Below are positions 10,574 through 20,114 of a stretch of DNA of 64,000 bases, in pieces. The first letter of the stretch is position 1. Each line of letters begins with the position of its first letter. The stretch is taken from positions 62,001 through 126,000 of the forward strand of contig JAUVAX010000002.1 of the NCBI GenBank assembly GCA_030591685.1, written 5' to 3'. Origin of the DNA: Pseudobdellovibrionaceae bacterium (GTDB taxonomy: Bacteria; Bdellovibrionota; Bdellovibrionia; Bdellovibrionales; UBA1609). The notes below the pieces were generated by a model that was given only the letters and a program-made list of their open reading frames with translations, did no database searches and was not told the origin of the DNA. The position numbers were made by a program, and so were the translations under genes.

Positions 10574-11112
10574 TAAATCGGCCGTCCGGACTCAGTAGGG
10601 AGCTCTTTTTGGGTCAAGGCATCAAAAAACATAAATATTGTATATAAGGGGAGTGCCGCCAGTGTTGTAAGAAGGGTCGTGAAAATCCAATCAAAAAAAT
10701 GAATTTGTAACGTAAAATGAGCATTGTCTAAAACAAATGAAATCATATATCGAACAGGTACAAATAAAAAAGTTATAAGTCCAACGCTCATAGAGAAATA
10801 AATAGGCCCAGGTTGGTAAAATCTATTTTTAAAAGCAAGAACGACAATAACAAAAATGGTGTTTATAAACATAATCATACCGAGAGGGATAACAGTGAGT
10901 GGGGCCAGCAATAGCGAAAGGAGGTAACTCATAATAAGCCCCTCTTTTGGTGACCTATAAAGGTTCCAATAGGTCAAAACAGGGATCCAAAAATGAGGTG
11001 CTGGGATGTTCCCCGCATATTTTGGCCAAAGCGAAACTTGAAAACACGTAAGGGCTATGGCTGAGAGGTAAAATAAAAAGTAATTTTTAAAGGCACCCCT
11101 GTAGTCCCTCAC
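10573..11112 (-). CDS. mreD: Rod shape-determining protein MreD (divergent)
   Basis: Small multi-TM protein lying between mreC and mrdA. Confidence 0.75.
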   Translation of the reverse strand: MRDYRGAFKNYFLFYLSAIALTCFQVSLWPKYAGNIPAPHFWIPVLTYWNLYRSPKEGLIMSYLLSLLLAPLTVIPLGMIMFINTIFVIVVLAFKNRFYQPGPIYFSMSVGLITFLFVPVRYMISFVLDNAHFTLQIHFFDWIFTTLLTTLAALPLYTIFMFFDALTQKELPTESGRPI

Positions 11113-11999
11113 AAATCCCCCTTGGGGGAGGTCTTATTTTTTATTTCTTCAGGAGACCCTACGGGCTGGGGCTCGAAGTCTCTTAATTTTGCATCTAAAA
11201 TTACAAAAACTTCTTCTAGATTATTAGGGTTAATTACGGGGCTTAACTCGATGTCTTGTGTCGTGCCAAACCGACTCTTTTTAACGTTTGAGATGACCCC
11301 AACAGGAAACCCTTTGGGGAAAATATTATCAAGTCCACTAGTGATGACGAGGTCTCCGATGACGGCGTCATCCCCCCGCTTGAGATAGTTTAAATTTGCT
11401 TTGTCAGAATTATGTCCCTCAACAATGCCACGTGCCCGTGATCGCTGCACTAAGGCATCAATGGCCGCATAAGGGTCAGTGAGTAATATAATTTGAGAAG
11501 TAAACACCTCTGGAGACAGAACATACCCAACAGCCCCCGCGGCAGTAATCACGGCCATGTTCTTTTTTATCCCGTGACGTGTGCCAATGTTGATTGTCAC
11601 TGTGTTGTGTTCTGGAACGAGATCTTTACCGATGACCTTGCCAGCCATGAGTTTCATTTCAGATTTTTGCTTAAACTTTAGGAGGTTTCTGAGCCTTTCG
11701 TTCTCTAAGGTGAGCTCTGTCATTTCGATTAGTTTGGCTTTGAGCTTTGCGTTTTCTGTTGTAAGAGTCCTGTTTTTCTTGCTGATGCCGACGAGGTTTA
11801 AGTAAAGGGAAGTAGTGCCTTTAACGCCGGTGCTAAATGAATTGTAGCCGGTTAAAAAAAGACCTGTTGTAAAGCTAAAGGGTCTTAAGATCCATAGCGC
11901 TTCGCCACTTTTGCGCTCCATGTTGAACAGTAAAAAGGGTATAAATAGTGCAGTCATAAAGAGGGCCACTTTTTTGACATCAAAATTAAAGAAATTCAG
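11109..11999 (-). CDS. mreC: Rod shape-determining protein MreC; probable CTG start at 11999 (ORF track starts at GTG 11969)
   Basis: ENERLRNLL coiled coil, GDLVITSGLDNIFPKGFPVG; in-frame CTG 7 nt after GGAG. Confidence 0.92.
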   Translation of the reverse strand: MNFFNFDVKKVALFMTALFIPFLLFNMERKSGEALWILRPFSFTTGLFLTGYNSFSTGVKGTTSLYLNLVGISKKNRTLTTENAKLKAKLIEMTELTLENERLRNLLKFKQKSEMKLMAGKVIGKDLVPEHNTVTINIGTRHGIKKNMAVITAAGAVGYVLSPEVFTSQIILLTDPYAAIDALVQRSRARGIVEGHNSDKANLNYLKRGDDAVIGDLVITSGLDNIFPKGFPVGVISNVKKSRFGTTQDIELSPVINPNNLEEVFVILDAKLRDFEPQPVGSPEEIKNKTSPKGDL

Positions 12000-12158
12000 C
12001 TTTAAGCTCCTGTAAATGAGTACGGTGTAAAGTGCTTACTAAAGAATTTTATGTTTTAATTTTTATCTTTGCAACGCAAAAAATAAACTTAAATTTAATC
12101 TAAAAGCTTGTAATATTATAATAAAATAGCGAAGCTAGGAGCCCTTAATGGAGGTTTT

Positions 12159-13667
12159 ATGTCGCAAACAGTGAGTGCTTGGGATAAATTTTTAGTTCTA
12201 TGGAACCGTTTTTACAAAAAATTTAAAATATTACTAATTTTAGCTATCGCAACCTTTGCTTTTGCAATTATGGGGATGCTACAGGGAGGCAGTAGTTTGT
12301 CTCAAGGCGGCGGCGCTGCTGCAGTAGTTAACGGTGAGGTAATCTCTGTTTCTGAATTTCGTTCTACATACAGTCGAATGGAACAAGAAATGGGTGGTTT
12401 TTTGCAAAAAATAGAAAACCAAGACTACCGCCGGCAGCTTACGATGAACCTTAAAAAGCAGGCCTTGGACCGATTAGTGTCTACAGAGTTGCTTGTGCAA
12501 ATGGCAAGTCATCAGGGCATCTATGCCTCTGACAAAGAGGTTTTAAGCTACATAGTGACAATCCCCTGGTTGCAGCGCGAGGGCTCGTTTAGTCATGAGG
12601 TTTACGAAGGTTTTTTAAAATCCAATCGAATGAGTGCCGGTGATTTTGAGAGTCGAGTTCGGAGGCAAACTATTATAACAAAAACACAAGGGCTGTTTGA
12701 CAAGTCTTTACAAGATACAAGTGTTGAAACCGAAATGCTCGCAACCCTCATGGGCACAAAAGCTGAAATTGAGTTTATTAAGTTTATTTCATCAGACTTA
12801 AAAGTTAAGGTCTCTCCGGCTGAAACTCAAGGGTATTTAAAGAGCCATTCTGTCGAAATCGATAAAAAATACAAAGAGAACCTTTCTAAGTACACCACTC
12901 CCGAGCAGGTGCGTGCTCGACACATATTAGTAAAATTCAATCAGCAAAAAAAGAAGAGCCAAGTGGCCGCCAAGGTTAAAATACAAAAAGCCATAGAGAG
13001 GCTCAAGTCTGAGAGTTTTGCGGTCGTAGCCAAAGATTTAAGTGAAGACCCTGGGTCTGCGAGTAAGGGTGGAGACCTCGGCTTTTTTAAAAGAGGCCAA
13101 ATGGTAAAAGCTTTTGAAGAAGTGGCTTTTAGTTTAGAAAAAGGCAAGGTGAGCTCTATTGTTGAGTCTGACTTTGGATACCACATTATTAAAGTTGAAG
13201 ATAAAAAAGACAAGTACGTTAAGCCTCTCAAAGAAGTAGAGCTATTGGTGGCGTCTGATTTATTAAGAGCCTCCCGGCTTAAAGGAGTCGAAGAGCAGTT
13301 GGGCGTTGTCATCGCCTCAGGCAAAAAGGCACAAATATCAAAGGCCTTGAAGTTGGCGGGTTTGAAGTGGGAGACCACTGGTGAGTTCACCCTTTCTCAA
13401 GATCAGATCCCAAAGCTTGGTGATGACGAGAGGTTAATTGCTGCAGCTTTAAAGTTAAAAAGTAAGAATACTTTTAGTAAAATTATAAAAAGCCGTGGGA
13501 AGAGTTATATATTGAGGCTAAAAAAACTAAAGTTTGCCAAAATTTCTGAGGCTTCTAAAAGTACCTTGCCCTCTAAGCAGGGGCAGGTGGCTTTAAATGA
13601 TTGGTTAGTGGCCGAGAGAAAACTAGCTAAAATTAAAGAAAACACAGGGCTCATTCGGGGTCGGTAG
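12159..13667 (+). CDS. ppiD: PpiD/SurA-type periplasmic chaperone peptidyl-prolyl isomerase
   Basis: N-terminal TM, SurA-N domain, VRARHILV...SEDPGSASKGGDLG parvulin domain. Confidence 0.88.
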   Translation: MSQTVSAWDKFLVLWNRFYKKFKILLILAIATFAFAIMGMLQGGSSLSQGGGAAAVVNGEVISVSEFRSTYSRMEQEMGGFLQKIENQDYRRQLTMNLKKQALDRLVSTELLVQMASHQGIYASDKEVLSYIVTIPWLQREGSFSHEVYEGFLKSNRMSAGDFESRVRRQTIITKTQGLFDKSLQDTSVETEMLATLMGTKAEIEFIKFISSDLKVKVSPAETQGYLKSHSVEIDKKYKENLSKYTTPEQVRARHILVKFNQQKKKSQVAAKVKIQKAIERLKSESFAVVAKDLSEDPGSASKGGDLGFFKRGQMVKAFEEVAFSLEKGKVSSIVESDFGYHIIKVEDKKDKYVKPLKEVELLVASDLLRASRLKGVEEQLGVVIASGKKAQISKALKLAGLKWETTGEFTLSQDQIPKLGDDERLIAAALKLKSKNTFSKIIKSRGKSYILRLKKLKFAKISEASKSTLPSKQGQVALNDWLVAERKLAKIKENTGLIRGR

Positions 13668-13793
13668 TTTTATTTAAATCAAAGTTTTTATGAAAAAATC
13701 TCATTTTAAGACATCAGGGGGGTGGCTGTTTAGCCCCTGTTTTCAAGAGTGTTCTAATTTGTAACTGTTTAAAATCTTTTAAAAAAAACAGCT

Positions 13794-13820
13794 TTAGCTT
13801 TCTGGACCTAGGTCCGAAAA
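13794..13820 (+). promoter_or_regulatory. Putative sigma28 (FliA) promoter of the S8-PilZ protease
   Basis: TTAG-N15-TCCGAAAA ending 7 nt before the ATG. Confidence 0.45.
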
Positions 13821-13827
13821 GCTATGT

Positions 13828-15663
13828 ATGCTAAGACCCTTAACTTTTATAGTGGCCGTAATTTTATTTGCCGTTTCGTCGCAAGCTCGTGAGTTTGTGA
13901 GCGGCGAACTTATTGTAAAATTAAAAGCCAACTCTAGTGAAAGTCAGTCGTATAAGTTTTTGGGTAAGGCTCAATTACAAAAAAACATGAAATTAAAGCG
14001 TTCATGGAAGCGCATGAAAATGTATCACTTTAACATTAGAAAGGGTCAAAGCGTTGATGAGGCCATTGCCGATTTGCAAAATGACCCTGATGTCGCCTAT
14101 GCAGAGCCAAATTTTATACTTAGCAAATCAGCCAGTGAAGTCCAGAACACTCTTTCAGCAGATGTGGTGCAGTCCATGGCTGCGGCGGGTGGGCTTTACT
14201 CTACAGGTGCAGATATTGGTATTGATCAGGTGATCCCCAATTTAACCCCATCTGGTAATAAACCCATAGTGGCTATTATAGATACGGGTGTTGATATAAC
14301 ACACTCTGTATTTACTCAAAGTAACTCTATATGGGTGAACGCGGGTGAAGTCCCAGGTAATGGTATTGACGATGATGGTAATGGATACATAGATGATGTT
14401 AATGGCTGGAACTTTATTAATAACTCTGGCGTTATGTTAGATGACGATGATCACGGAACACATGTTGCGGGAACCGTTTTAAGCGTAGGGTTGGATATTT
14501 TTCAGGGCACTGTTTCTGAGTCGAGTGTTAAAATTATGCCTCTAAAGTTTTTAGACTCTAACGGGCTTGGAACAACGGCGGATGCCATTGCGGCCATTCA
14601 TTATGCTGTTGATAACGGTGCTTCCGTATTAAATAACTCTTGGGGGGGGGATAGTTACAGCCTTGCACTGCATGAGGCCGTAACTTACACCTACACAAAA
14701 GGGGCTGTTTTTGTGGCCGCAGCTGGTAACTTGGCCGGTAATAACGATTATGCCCCTATATACCCAGCCAGTTATGATGTGCCTAATATTATAGCGGTGG
14801 CAGCGACGACTGACTCTGATAATTTAGCTTCTTTTTCAAACTTTGGTTATAATACCGTGAGCGTTGGTAGCCCGGGGACTGTGATATTAAGTACTATACC
14901 TGGTGGGAACTTTCTTAGAATGTCTGGTACAAGTATGGCCTCGCCGATTGTTTCTGGTATTGCGGGTATTATTAAAGCTCAATCACCGACAATGTTAGGC
15001 TACCAAATCAAGACAATAGTGGAGGACTCCTCAGAGCCTGTGATACCCCTGCAAGGCAAGGTGAGTTCAGAGTCAAGAGTGAACGCCTTTTCGGCTTTAA
15101 CAATGTCGGGGGCGGTCACTGTGTCCTCTTATCAGCCGACTTACTCTTTAGGGGGGCGAAGCTTGGCCTCAGAAGAGGGCGCTGCCGGCTGCGGAGTCGT
15201 GTCAAAATTTGTGGGTGACAAACTCGGTGGGTCTGGCGGCAACGGGTCCTCTGGCGGCTTAGGGTTTCAGTTATTAACCCTACTTATATTAATAGGCCCG
15301 CTTGTTTATATAACATATATGAGAACTCAAAACAGCACAGAACAAAGACGTAAGCATGAGAGGTTTTCTGTTGAGAGTGATGTTAAAATCAAAATTGGTA
15401 ATAAGGAGCTTGTTGGTAGTGTGTCGTCAATATCACTTGGAGGAGTTCAGATTAATACTGATGCCCTGTTAGAAAACGGGGGCATAGTGAAAATGTCTAT
15501 ATCTACCCCTGATGGTAAAGAGCAAATCCAAGTGGCCGGTAAAGTGGTATGGAGCCAAGAAAAAGAATCTTATGGGCTGCAGTTTTCTGAGCCGAACTCT
15601 AAAGCGCTCAATAAAATTTCAAATTGGGTTTCAGGTCTAAAAAAGTCGGCGGCTCAAACTTAG
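13828..15663 (+). CDS. S8 subtilisin-like serine protease with C-terminal TM helix and PilZ domain
   Basis: Signal peptide, prodomain, IDTG/HGTH/AAGN/GTSMA catalytic motifs; GCG + Gly-rich linker + TM; RRKHER...SISLGG PilZ. Confidence 0.88.
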   Translation: MLRPLTFIVAVILFAVSSQAREFVSGELIVKLKANSSESQSYKFLGKAQLQKNMKLKRSWKRMKMYHFNIRKGQSVDEAIADLQNDPDVAYAEPNFILSKSASEVQNTLSADVVQSMAAAGGLYSTGADIGIDQVIPNLTPSGNKPIVAIIDTGVDITHSVFTQSNSIWVNAGEVPGNGIDDDGNGYIDDVNGWNFINNSGVMLDDDDHGTHVAGTVLSVGLDIFQGTVSESSVKIMPLKFLDSNGLGTTADAIAAIHYAVDNGASVLNNSWGGDSYSLALHEAVTYTYTKGAVFVAAAGNLAGNNDYAPIYPASYDVPNIIAVAATTDSDNLASFSNFGYNTVSVGSPGTVILSTIPGGNFLRMSGTSMASPIVSGIAGIIKAQSPTMLGYQIKTIVEDSSEPVIPLQGKVSSESRVNAFSALTMSGAVTVSSYQPTYSLGGRSLASEEGAAGCGVVSKFVGDKLGGSGGNGSSGGLGFQLLTLLILIGPLVYITYMRTQNSTEQRRKHERFSVESDVKIKIGNKELVGSVSSISLGGVQINTDALLENGGIVKMSISTPDGKEQIQVAGKVVWSQEKESYGLQFSEPNSKALNKISNWVSGLKKSAAQT

Positions 15664-15862
15664 TTTAGATGCAGAGGGCCAGAATTGGACGAGCGCAATT
15701 CTTAAGAACTATATTTTTTTTGATAAGAGTACAAGCCTTAAAGGCTTAATTTTGCATTATTTTTTTGATTTTATATTTTTTTCATAAAATAATTTCATAC
15801 AATACTTCTCTTTTTTTCGGTGATATCCACTTGGTTTTAGTGAGCGAAAGGATGAGTAAAGG

Positions 15863-18208
15863 ATGTTGTTGAAACGACTCTTGGCCGTTTTTATATCTCT
15901 ACACTTTTTTTTAAATGCCTTCACCACCCATGCTTGGGCAAGGTCGAGGACGCGGTATAACGAATACGAAGTCCGATTATCCTACCCTGATCAAGTTTTT
16001 CAGTCTGAATATGAAAAACTACGCACTCACGCCAACCAATTTATTGACCAACTCACCCCCTCTCAAAAAACCACTTTTATAAGCTCATTAAAAAACACCC
16101 CTTATCACTTAAATATATATAAAGAAGTTTCTTCAGAAAACCTATTGTCTACAGGCAAAGAGGTTCTTGGGAGGGTGTTGTTTGTGGAGCATGAGGGCTC
16201 ACTAATTAGGCATTACATGCTCTCTTCAAACGATAGGCTAGTGATTTCTGTTAACAAACAGCTACTTAAAGATGCCGATATGGACTTTTTAGAAAGACAC
16301 CTTAAAGAGGTTTATAGTAAGTCTACAATAGCTCGGGAGGTTTCAATTACTTGGAACGGCTTTATACACTCTCAAGATGTTTATACTAAAAGCCATAGTT
16401 TAGCGGCCGAGGACGTTGATTTAATGGCCAAAGCCACTGTAATGAGTTTGTCATATAATAAGAGAGTTCATGAAATGAACGAAAGCACTTTTGATGCTTT
16501 TATTAATGGCTCTATAGAGGCAGAAATTGAAAGGGTCAATGGGCCTAACAGGAGCATTAGCCCTGAAACTTTGGGTTTAATTTTACCACTATATAATTTA
16601 GCGATTGAAAAGCTAGAGGACTTTTACCTCACCGAAGCCTATGAGTATGTTAAGGGGCGGTCTGCACCTAACCAGATGGGTTTAGAGCAAACAGCTGAGC
16701 TTATGCACGAGGCCCGAGAGGCAGCTCAAGAGAGTTTCTTAAAGGGTCTTCAGGAGACAGGTAATATAGAGTTTCACGATATAGAGCTTGGGAAAGTGGT
16801 GCTTACAACTATCGATGGGGAGCTTGTGTATAAAATCCGACCCAACGGAACTGAAAAGATCTTTTTATGGGCCCCAAAGGGTTTAATTTCTGCTGATTCA
16901 ACGCATTTGAGGCAATATATATCAAGGCAGTTTATTGATGCTGGGACTGATAGGTCCGACGGAGAGCGCGGCCGGGACGTTGTACTTATGTGGGCTGATG
17001 AACTCGGTCAAGGGCCAGATATTAAAACTGAGAAAACAACAAAATCAATACCTAAAGTCACAAATTCAAGTGTTCAATTTAATTACCATCAGCGCCCTCA
17101 AGCTTGGACGGCAGAGTATTTTAAGCACTATTGGCGAGCCACTTATAAGCCTACGAGTGCTTCAGATAAAAAATTAGGTATTTACTGCGCCGTTTTGCAG
17201 GGCCTCGTCATGGCCGGGGTCAATGTGATGAAGGTTTCACTCGGGTATGCTGAGGCCATTAACCCATGGACTATTGGTGTGATTATGGTGTTCGGCGGGG
17301 TTATAGGAGCTAACTCAAGTACATATGTAAATTGGAAGTACCGTAAGGGCAAAAAAACAGATTCAGAATTTAAGAACAAAGCCATTCAAACAGCCAAAGG
17401 GGCCACTATAAGTGTGATGTACTCCGTGTCAGTAGGGATTGTTGATAACTCACTTCATAGTTTATATCACATCGCTTACAAGGCTTATGATATAGTTATG
17501 AACTCTTATGGTAAAACTGAATTTGAGCAGTGGGCTGTTATTAAACGCGAAAAACGCGCCGATTTAAAGAGCGTTGGGCTCCCTTATATTGGTTTAAAAA
17601 AACAAAAATTTGTAAAACTAATGAACTTCGATACTGGTAAAAAAATTCTCGTCAATACATCAGAGGCTGAAGAGCTAGTTAAGTCAGAACAGGCTGAGTT
17701 TTTAGAGGCGGACAGTGAGAGAAGGGTTCGAAACAGGTACTCTATTGGCCTAAAATGGATCGATGTACCAGAAGGCAAGGTGAATTTTCAAATTAAAACC
17801 CAAAACGCTATTATAGCAGTAAGGTCAGTGTCTTTAATGATGCAGGTGTGGTGGGTGTGGGCCTCAATACCACTTGTAAAGTACTTAACGTTAAAGTGGG
17901 CTGAAAAAAACCACCCAGATATGGCCGAGAAACTTGAGCTCAGGCAAAAGTGGGATAATTTTATTTTTAACCCCAATCCGAAAAGATTGGTCTCTAATTT
18001 GTACAGAGTGACGATTTTAAAAGCCATGAATACTTACAAAGAAAAACAAATACAATCAGATTTTGTCAGGTCAGTTAACTCATGGAGCAATAAAGAGGGG
18101 CCACAAAAAATGACACCGGCACATAGGCCAGAGCAAAAACCTAAACGCAAGCCGGATTCAATTTTAAAAGAAAATTTATCTTGTCAGGGTTTGTTTGCCG
18201 CCGCTTAG
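15863..18208 (+). CDS. Large secreted hypothetical protein with internal hydrophobic segments and C-terminal SCQGLF motif
   Basis: 781 aa ORF, signal peptide ending HAWA, AAGGA RBS upstream. Confidence 0.75.
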   Translation: MLLKRLLAVFISLHFFLNAFTTHAWARSRTRYNEYEVRLSYPDQVFQSEYEKLRTHANQFIDQLTPSQKTTFISSLKNTPYHLNIYKEVSSENLLSTGKEVLGRVLFVEHEGSLIRHYMLSSNDRLVISVNKQLLKDADMDFLERHLKEVYSKSTIAREVSITWNGFIHSQDVYTKSHSLAAEDVDLMAKATVMSLSYNKRVHEMNESTFDAFINGSIEAEIERVNGPNRSISPETLGLILPLYNLAIEKLEDFYLTEAYEYVKGRSAPNQMGLEQTAELMHEAREAAQESFLKGLQETGNIEFHDIELGKVVLTTIDGELVYKIRPNGTEKIFLWAPKGLISADSTHLRQYISRQFIDAGTDRSDGERGRDVVLMWADELGQGPDIKTEKTTKSIPKVTNSSVQFNYHQRPQAWTAEYFKHYWRATYKPTSASDKKLGIYCAVLQGLVMAGVNVMKVSLGYAEAINPWTIGVIMVFGGVIGANSSTYVNWKYRKGKKTDSEFKNKAIQTAKGATISVMYSVSVGIVDNSLHSLYHIAYKAYDIVMNSYGKTEFEQWAVIKREKRADLKSVGLPYIGLKKQKFVKLMNFDTGKKILVNTSEAEELVKSEQAEFLEADSERRVRNRYSIGLKWIDVPEGKVNFQIKTQNAIIAVRSVSLMMQVWWVWASIPLVKYLTLKWAEKNHPDMAEKLELRQKWDNFIFNPNPKRLVSNLYRVTILKAMNTYKEKQIQSDFVRSVNSWSNKEGPQKMTPAHRPEQKPKRKPDSILKENLSCQGLFAAA

Positions 18209-18323
18209 TGTAAAAAACACGAATCATAGTGTTGCGCTAGCACTTAAATACATTTTTATAATCATTTTTTTTAAGAGCACCTTCAGGGTGATGTTTTTTT
18301 ATCGAGGTGTTTAAAAAAGGCCT

Positions 18324-18671
18324 CTAATAGAGGCCCCATGAAAGAGTAAGTTCTTTTTGCTCTCGCCATTTTCGGTGGCGTAAATTTCTTTTTTTGTGTT
18401 TTTCAATTTGTATAATTATTTTTTTTTGGGCCTTTTGAATGGCCGTCAACAAACAATTATTTGTAGACTTAGTCACCGCTGCACTTGCGAGCCCATTGAC
18501 CATGATCCGAACACTGTAGAGACCTCGCTGAGGCTCCGGGTGAATCACTACAAATACGCGGTGGGACTCTTCATTATGCAGGTGAGACTTTATATTGCAG
18601 ATGCTTTTATTGATTTCTTTTTTTAGACGAACAGGGTTGTCAACCCCGTTAATTGTGATTTGATCGTTCAT
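18324..18671 (-). CDS. HPF/RaiA-like ribosome-associated protein (divergent)
   Basis: beta-alpha-beta-beta-beta-alpha pattern ending LLTAIQKAQKKIIIQIEKHK; AGGAG RBS. Confidence 0.55.
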   Translation of the reverse strand: MNDQITINGVDNPVRLKKEINKSICNIKSHLHNEESHRVFVVIHPEPQRGLYSVRIMVNGLASAAVTKSTNNCLLTAIQKAQKKIIIQIEKHKKRNLRHRKWREQKELTLSWGLY

Positions 18672-18694
18672 TTAATAGGCTCCTTTTTTATAAA

Positions 18695-19045
18695 TTAATA
18701 ATACTTTTTTAGTTCATTAGATTCATAATCGACGCTCTCGTAGTAGGATTCGAAGGGGAGGGTGGACTCTCTATCATCCTCATCACAGGTGTAGTGATCA
18801 ATTTGTATCACCTTTCGGCCGTCAATATCATCGACTAAATATCCAAAGACATCGATGAGGGACCAGGTGAGGTGCCCTAGGTACCTCGTGGCATCTGTTG
18901 TTAGTAGGGTATACTCCTTTCCATCATTTGTGGTCAAAACGTGGTGAGACTCTAACTGACCATTTGATTGGTAAAAGGGGACAAGCACCCCTTTTATTTT
19001 CATGTAAACATGTGAATCTTTTTTTAATTTTTTTGATGTGTTCAT
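18695..19045 (-). CDS. Hypothetical protein, small beta-barrel/OB-like with acidic tail
   Basis: GGAGG RBS; IKGVL...LTTNDGKEYTL...IDVFG...IQID pattern. Confidence 0.6.
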   Translation of the reverse strand: MNTSKKLKKDSHVYMKIKGVLVPFYQSNGQLESHHVLTTNDGKEYTLLTTDATRYLGHLTWSLIDVFGYLVDDIDGRKVIQIDHYTCDEDDRESTLPFESYYESVDYESNELKKYY

Positions 19046-19121
19046 AGACGGCCTCCGTTATATTTTTAATTAAATAAGTTATAATATTAGTTATGCCTAT
19101 AAATTTAAGTTTTATGATTGA

Positions 19122-19436
19122 TCACGAGATATCTTCTTTAACTTTTAAAGAAAACCTATGATCTCTCCAGGGCTGTAGTTGTTGCTTTATGTTTTTTGTG
19201 AGTGAACTAATGAGGCTCCTAATGTTCCGACCGTTCTCTTGGCATTTAAATACCCCACATGTTGATACAATTTTTACGTTGATTAAAAAAATATTATTTG
19301 GGTTTTTATTTAAATGAATCTTTATATAGGAGTTGCTTGGGGATATGTTCTGTAAATACTCAGCCGCTGAAACAACAGCGTCCTGAAATTGAGAAGATTT
19401 TTTGTCATAACTTAGGTCGCAATTTTTTAAAAACAT
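19122..19436 (-). CDS. Second HPF/RaiA-like protein (divergent)
   Basis: Same secondary-structure pattern, ending LTKNIKQQLQPWRDHRF; GGAG RBS. Confidence 0.45.
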   Translation of the reverse strand: MFLKNCDLSYDKKSSQFQDAVVSAAEYLQNISPSNSYIKIHLNKNPNNIFLINVKIVSTCGVFKCQENGRNIRSLISSLTKNIKQQLQPWRDHRFSLKVKEDIS

Positions 19437-19835
19437 GGACGGCTCCGTTTTTTAATGAATATTTTTTTACCTGAGTTGTTTTCCCTTTTGTTTCCTATTC
19501 GTGTTTTAAGAATGAAGGAGTTATCTAATTATTATTTTTCTGCGGCAATATAATTTTTTAAATTTGTAAATGTTTTCATCGTAAGTGTTTGTTTATACTT
19601 ATGTTTTTGTTAAGCCCCCGTTAAGTTTTTATCAATTAAAAATTAACAAAAGTCATAAGTTATTGAATTATAAAATAAATCTCACTTTTATTATTTATGC
19701 ATAACGTATTGTTATTTAAAATATAAAATTAAATGTATTGCCAGCAACCTTTAATTAAACTTTTGAGTTTGTAGTTTTAGTAAGTACATATTTTTTTAAG
19801 TAGAGCTTCAATTAAAGTTATTTTTATCAGCACAG

Positions 19836-19885
19836 TAGGTTAGGTTAGGTTAGGTTAGGTTAGGTTAGGTTAGGTTAGGTTAGGT
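19836..19885 (+). repeat. Pentanucleotide microsatellite (TAGGT)x10
   Basis: Ten perfect copies read directly from the sequence. Confidence 0.97.
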
Positions 19886-20081
19886 TTGCGCTTTGAGGCT
19901 GCTTATGCAGGACTGACCGCTCACTCTATTGTTAATGTCTAAATTTTAAGTAGATTTTTATTAAACAGTTGCTGAGCACATATTTACTAAGTTCGCTTCA
20001 TAGGGTGTGCCCTTTTTGCATTAACCTTTAGCTATCGCCCAACTATGAGTCGATACTGTTTAAACTTGAGTCACTCGTAGT

Positions 20082-20108
20082 TAAGTAGATAAAAAATTAT
20101 GTCGATAT
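20082..20108 (+). promoter_or_regulatory. Putative sigma28 (FliA) promoter of the first pilin pair
   Basis: TAAG-N15-GTCGATAT ending 6 nt before the ATG. Confidence 0.5.
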
Positions 20109-20114
20109 AAAATT

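Noticed and set aside
11999..12159. Absence of mreB upstream of mreC
   Set aside because: To my recollection mreB genes lie apart from mreCD in Bdellovibrio, so this is not novel
19836..19885. TTAGG repeat as a CRISPR array or as eukaryotic telomere contamination
   Set aside because: No spacers or cas genes; only 50 bp long and flanked by contiguous bacterial sequence
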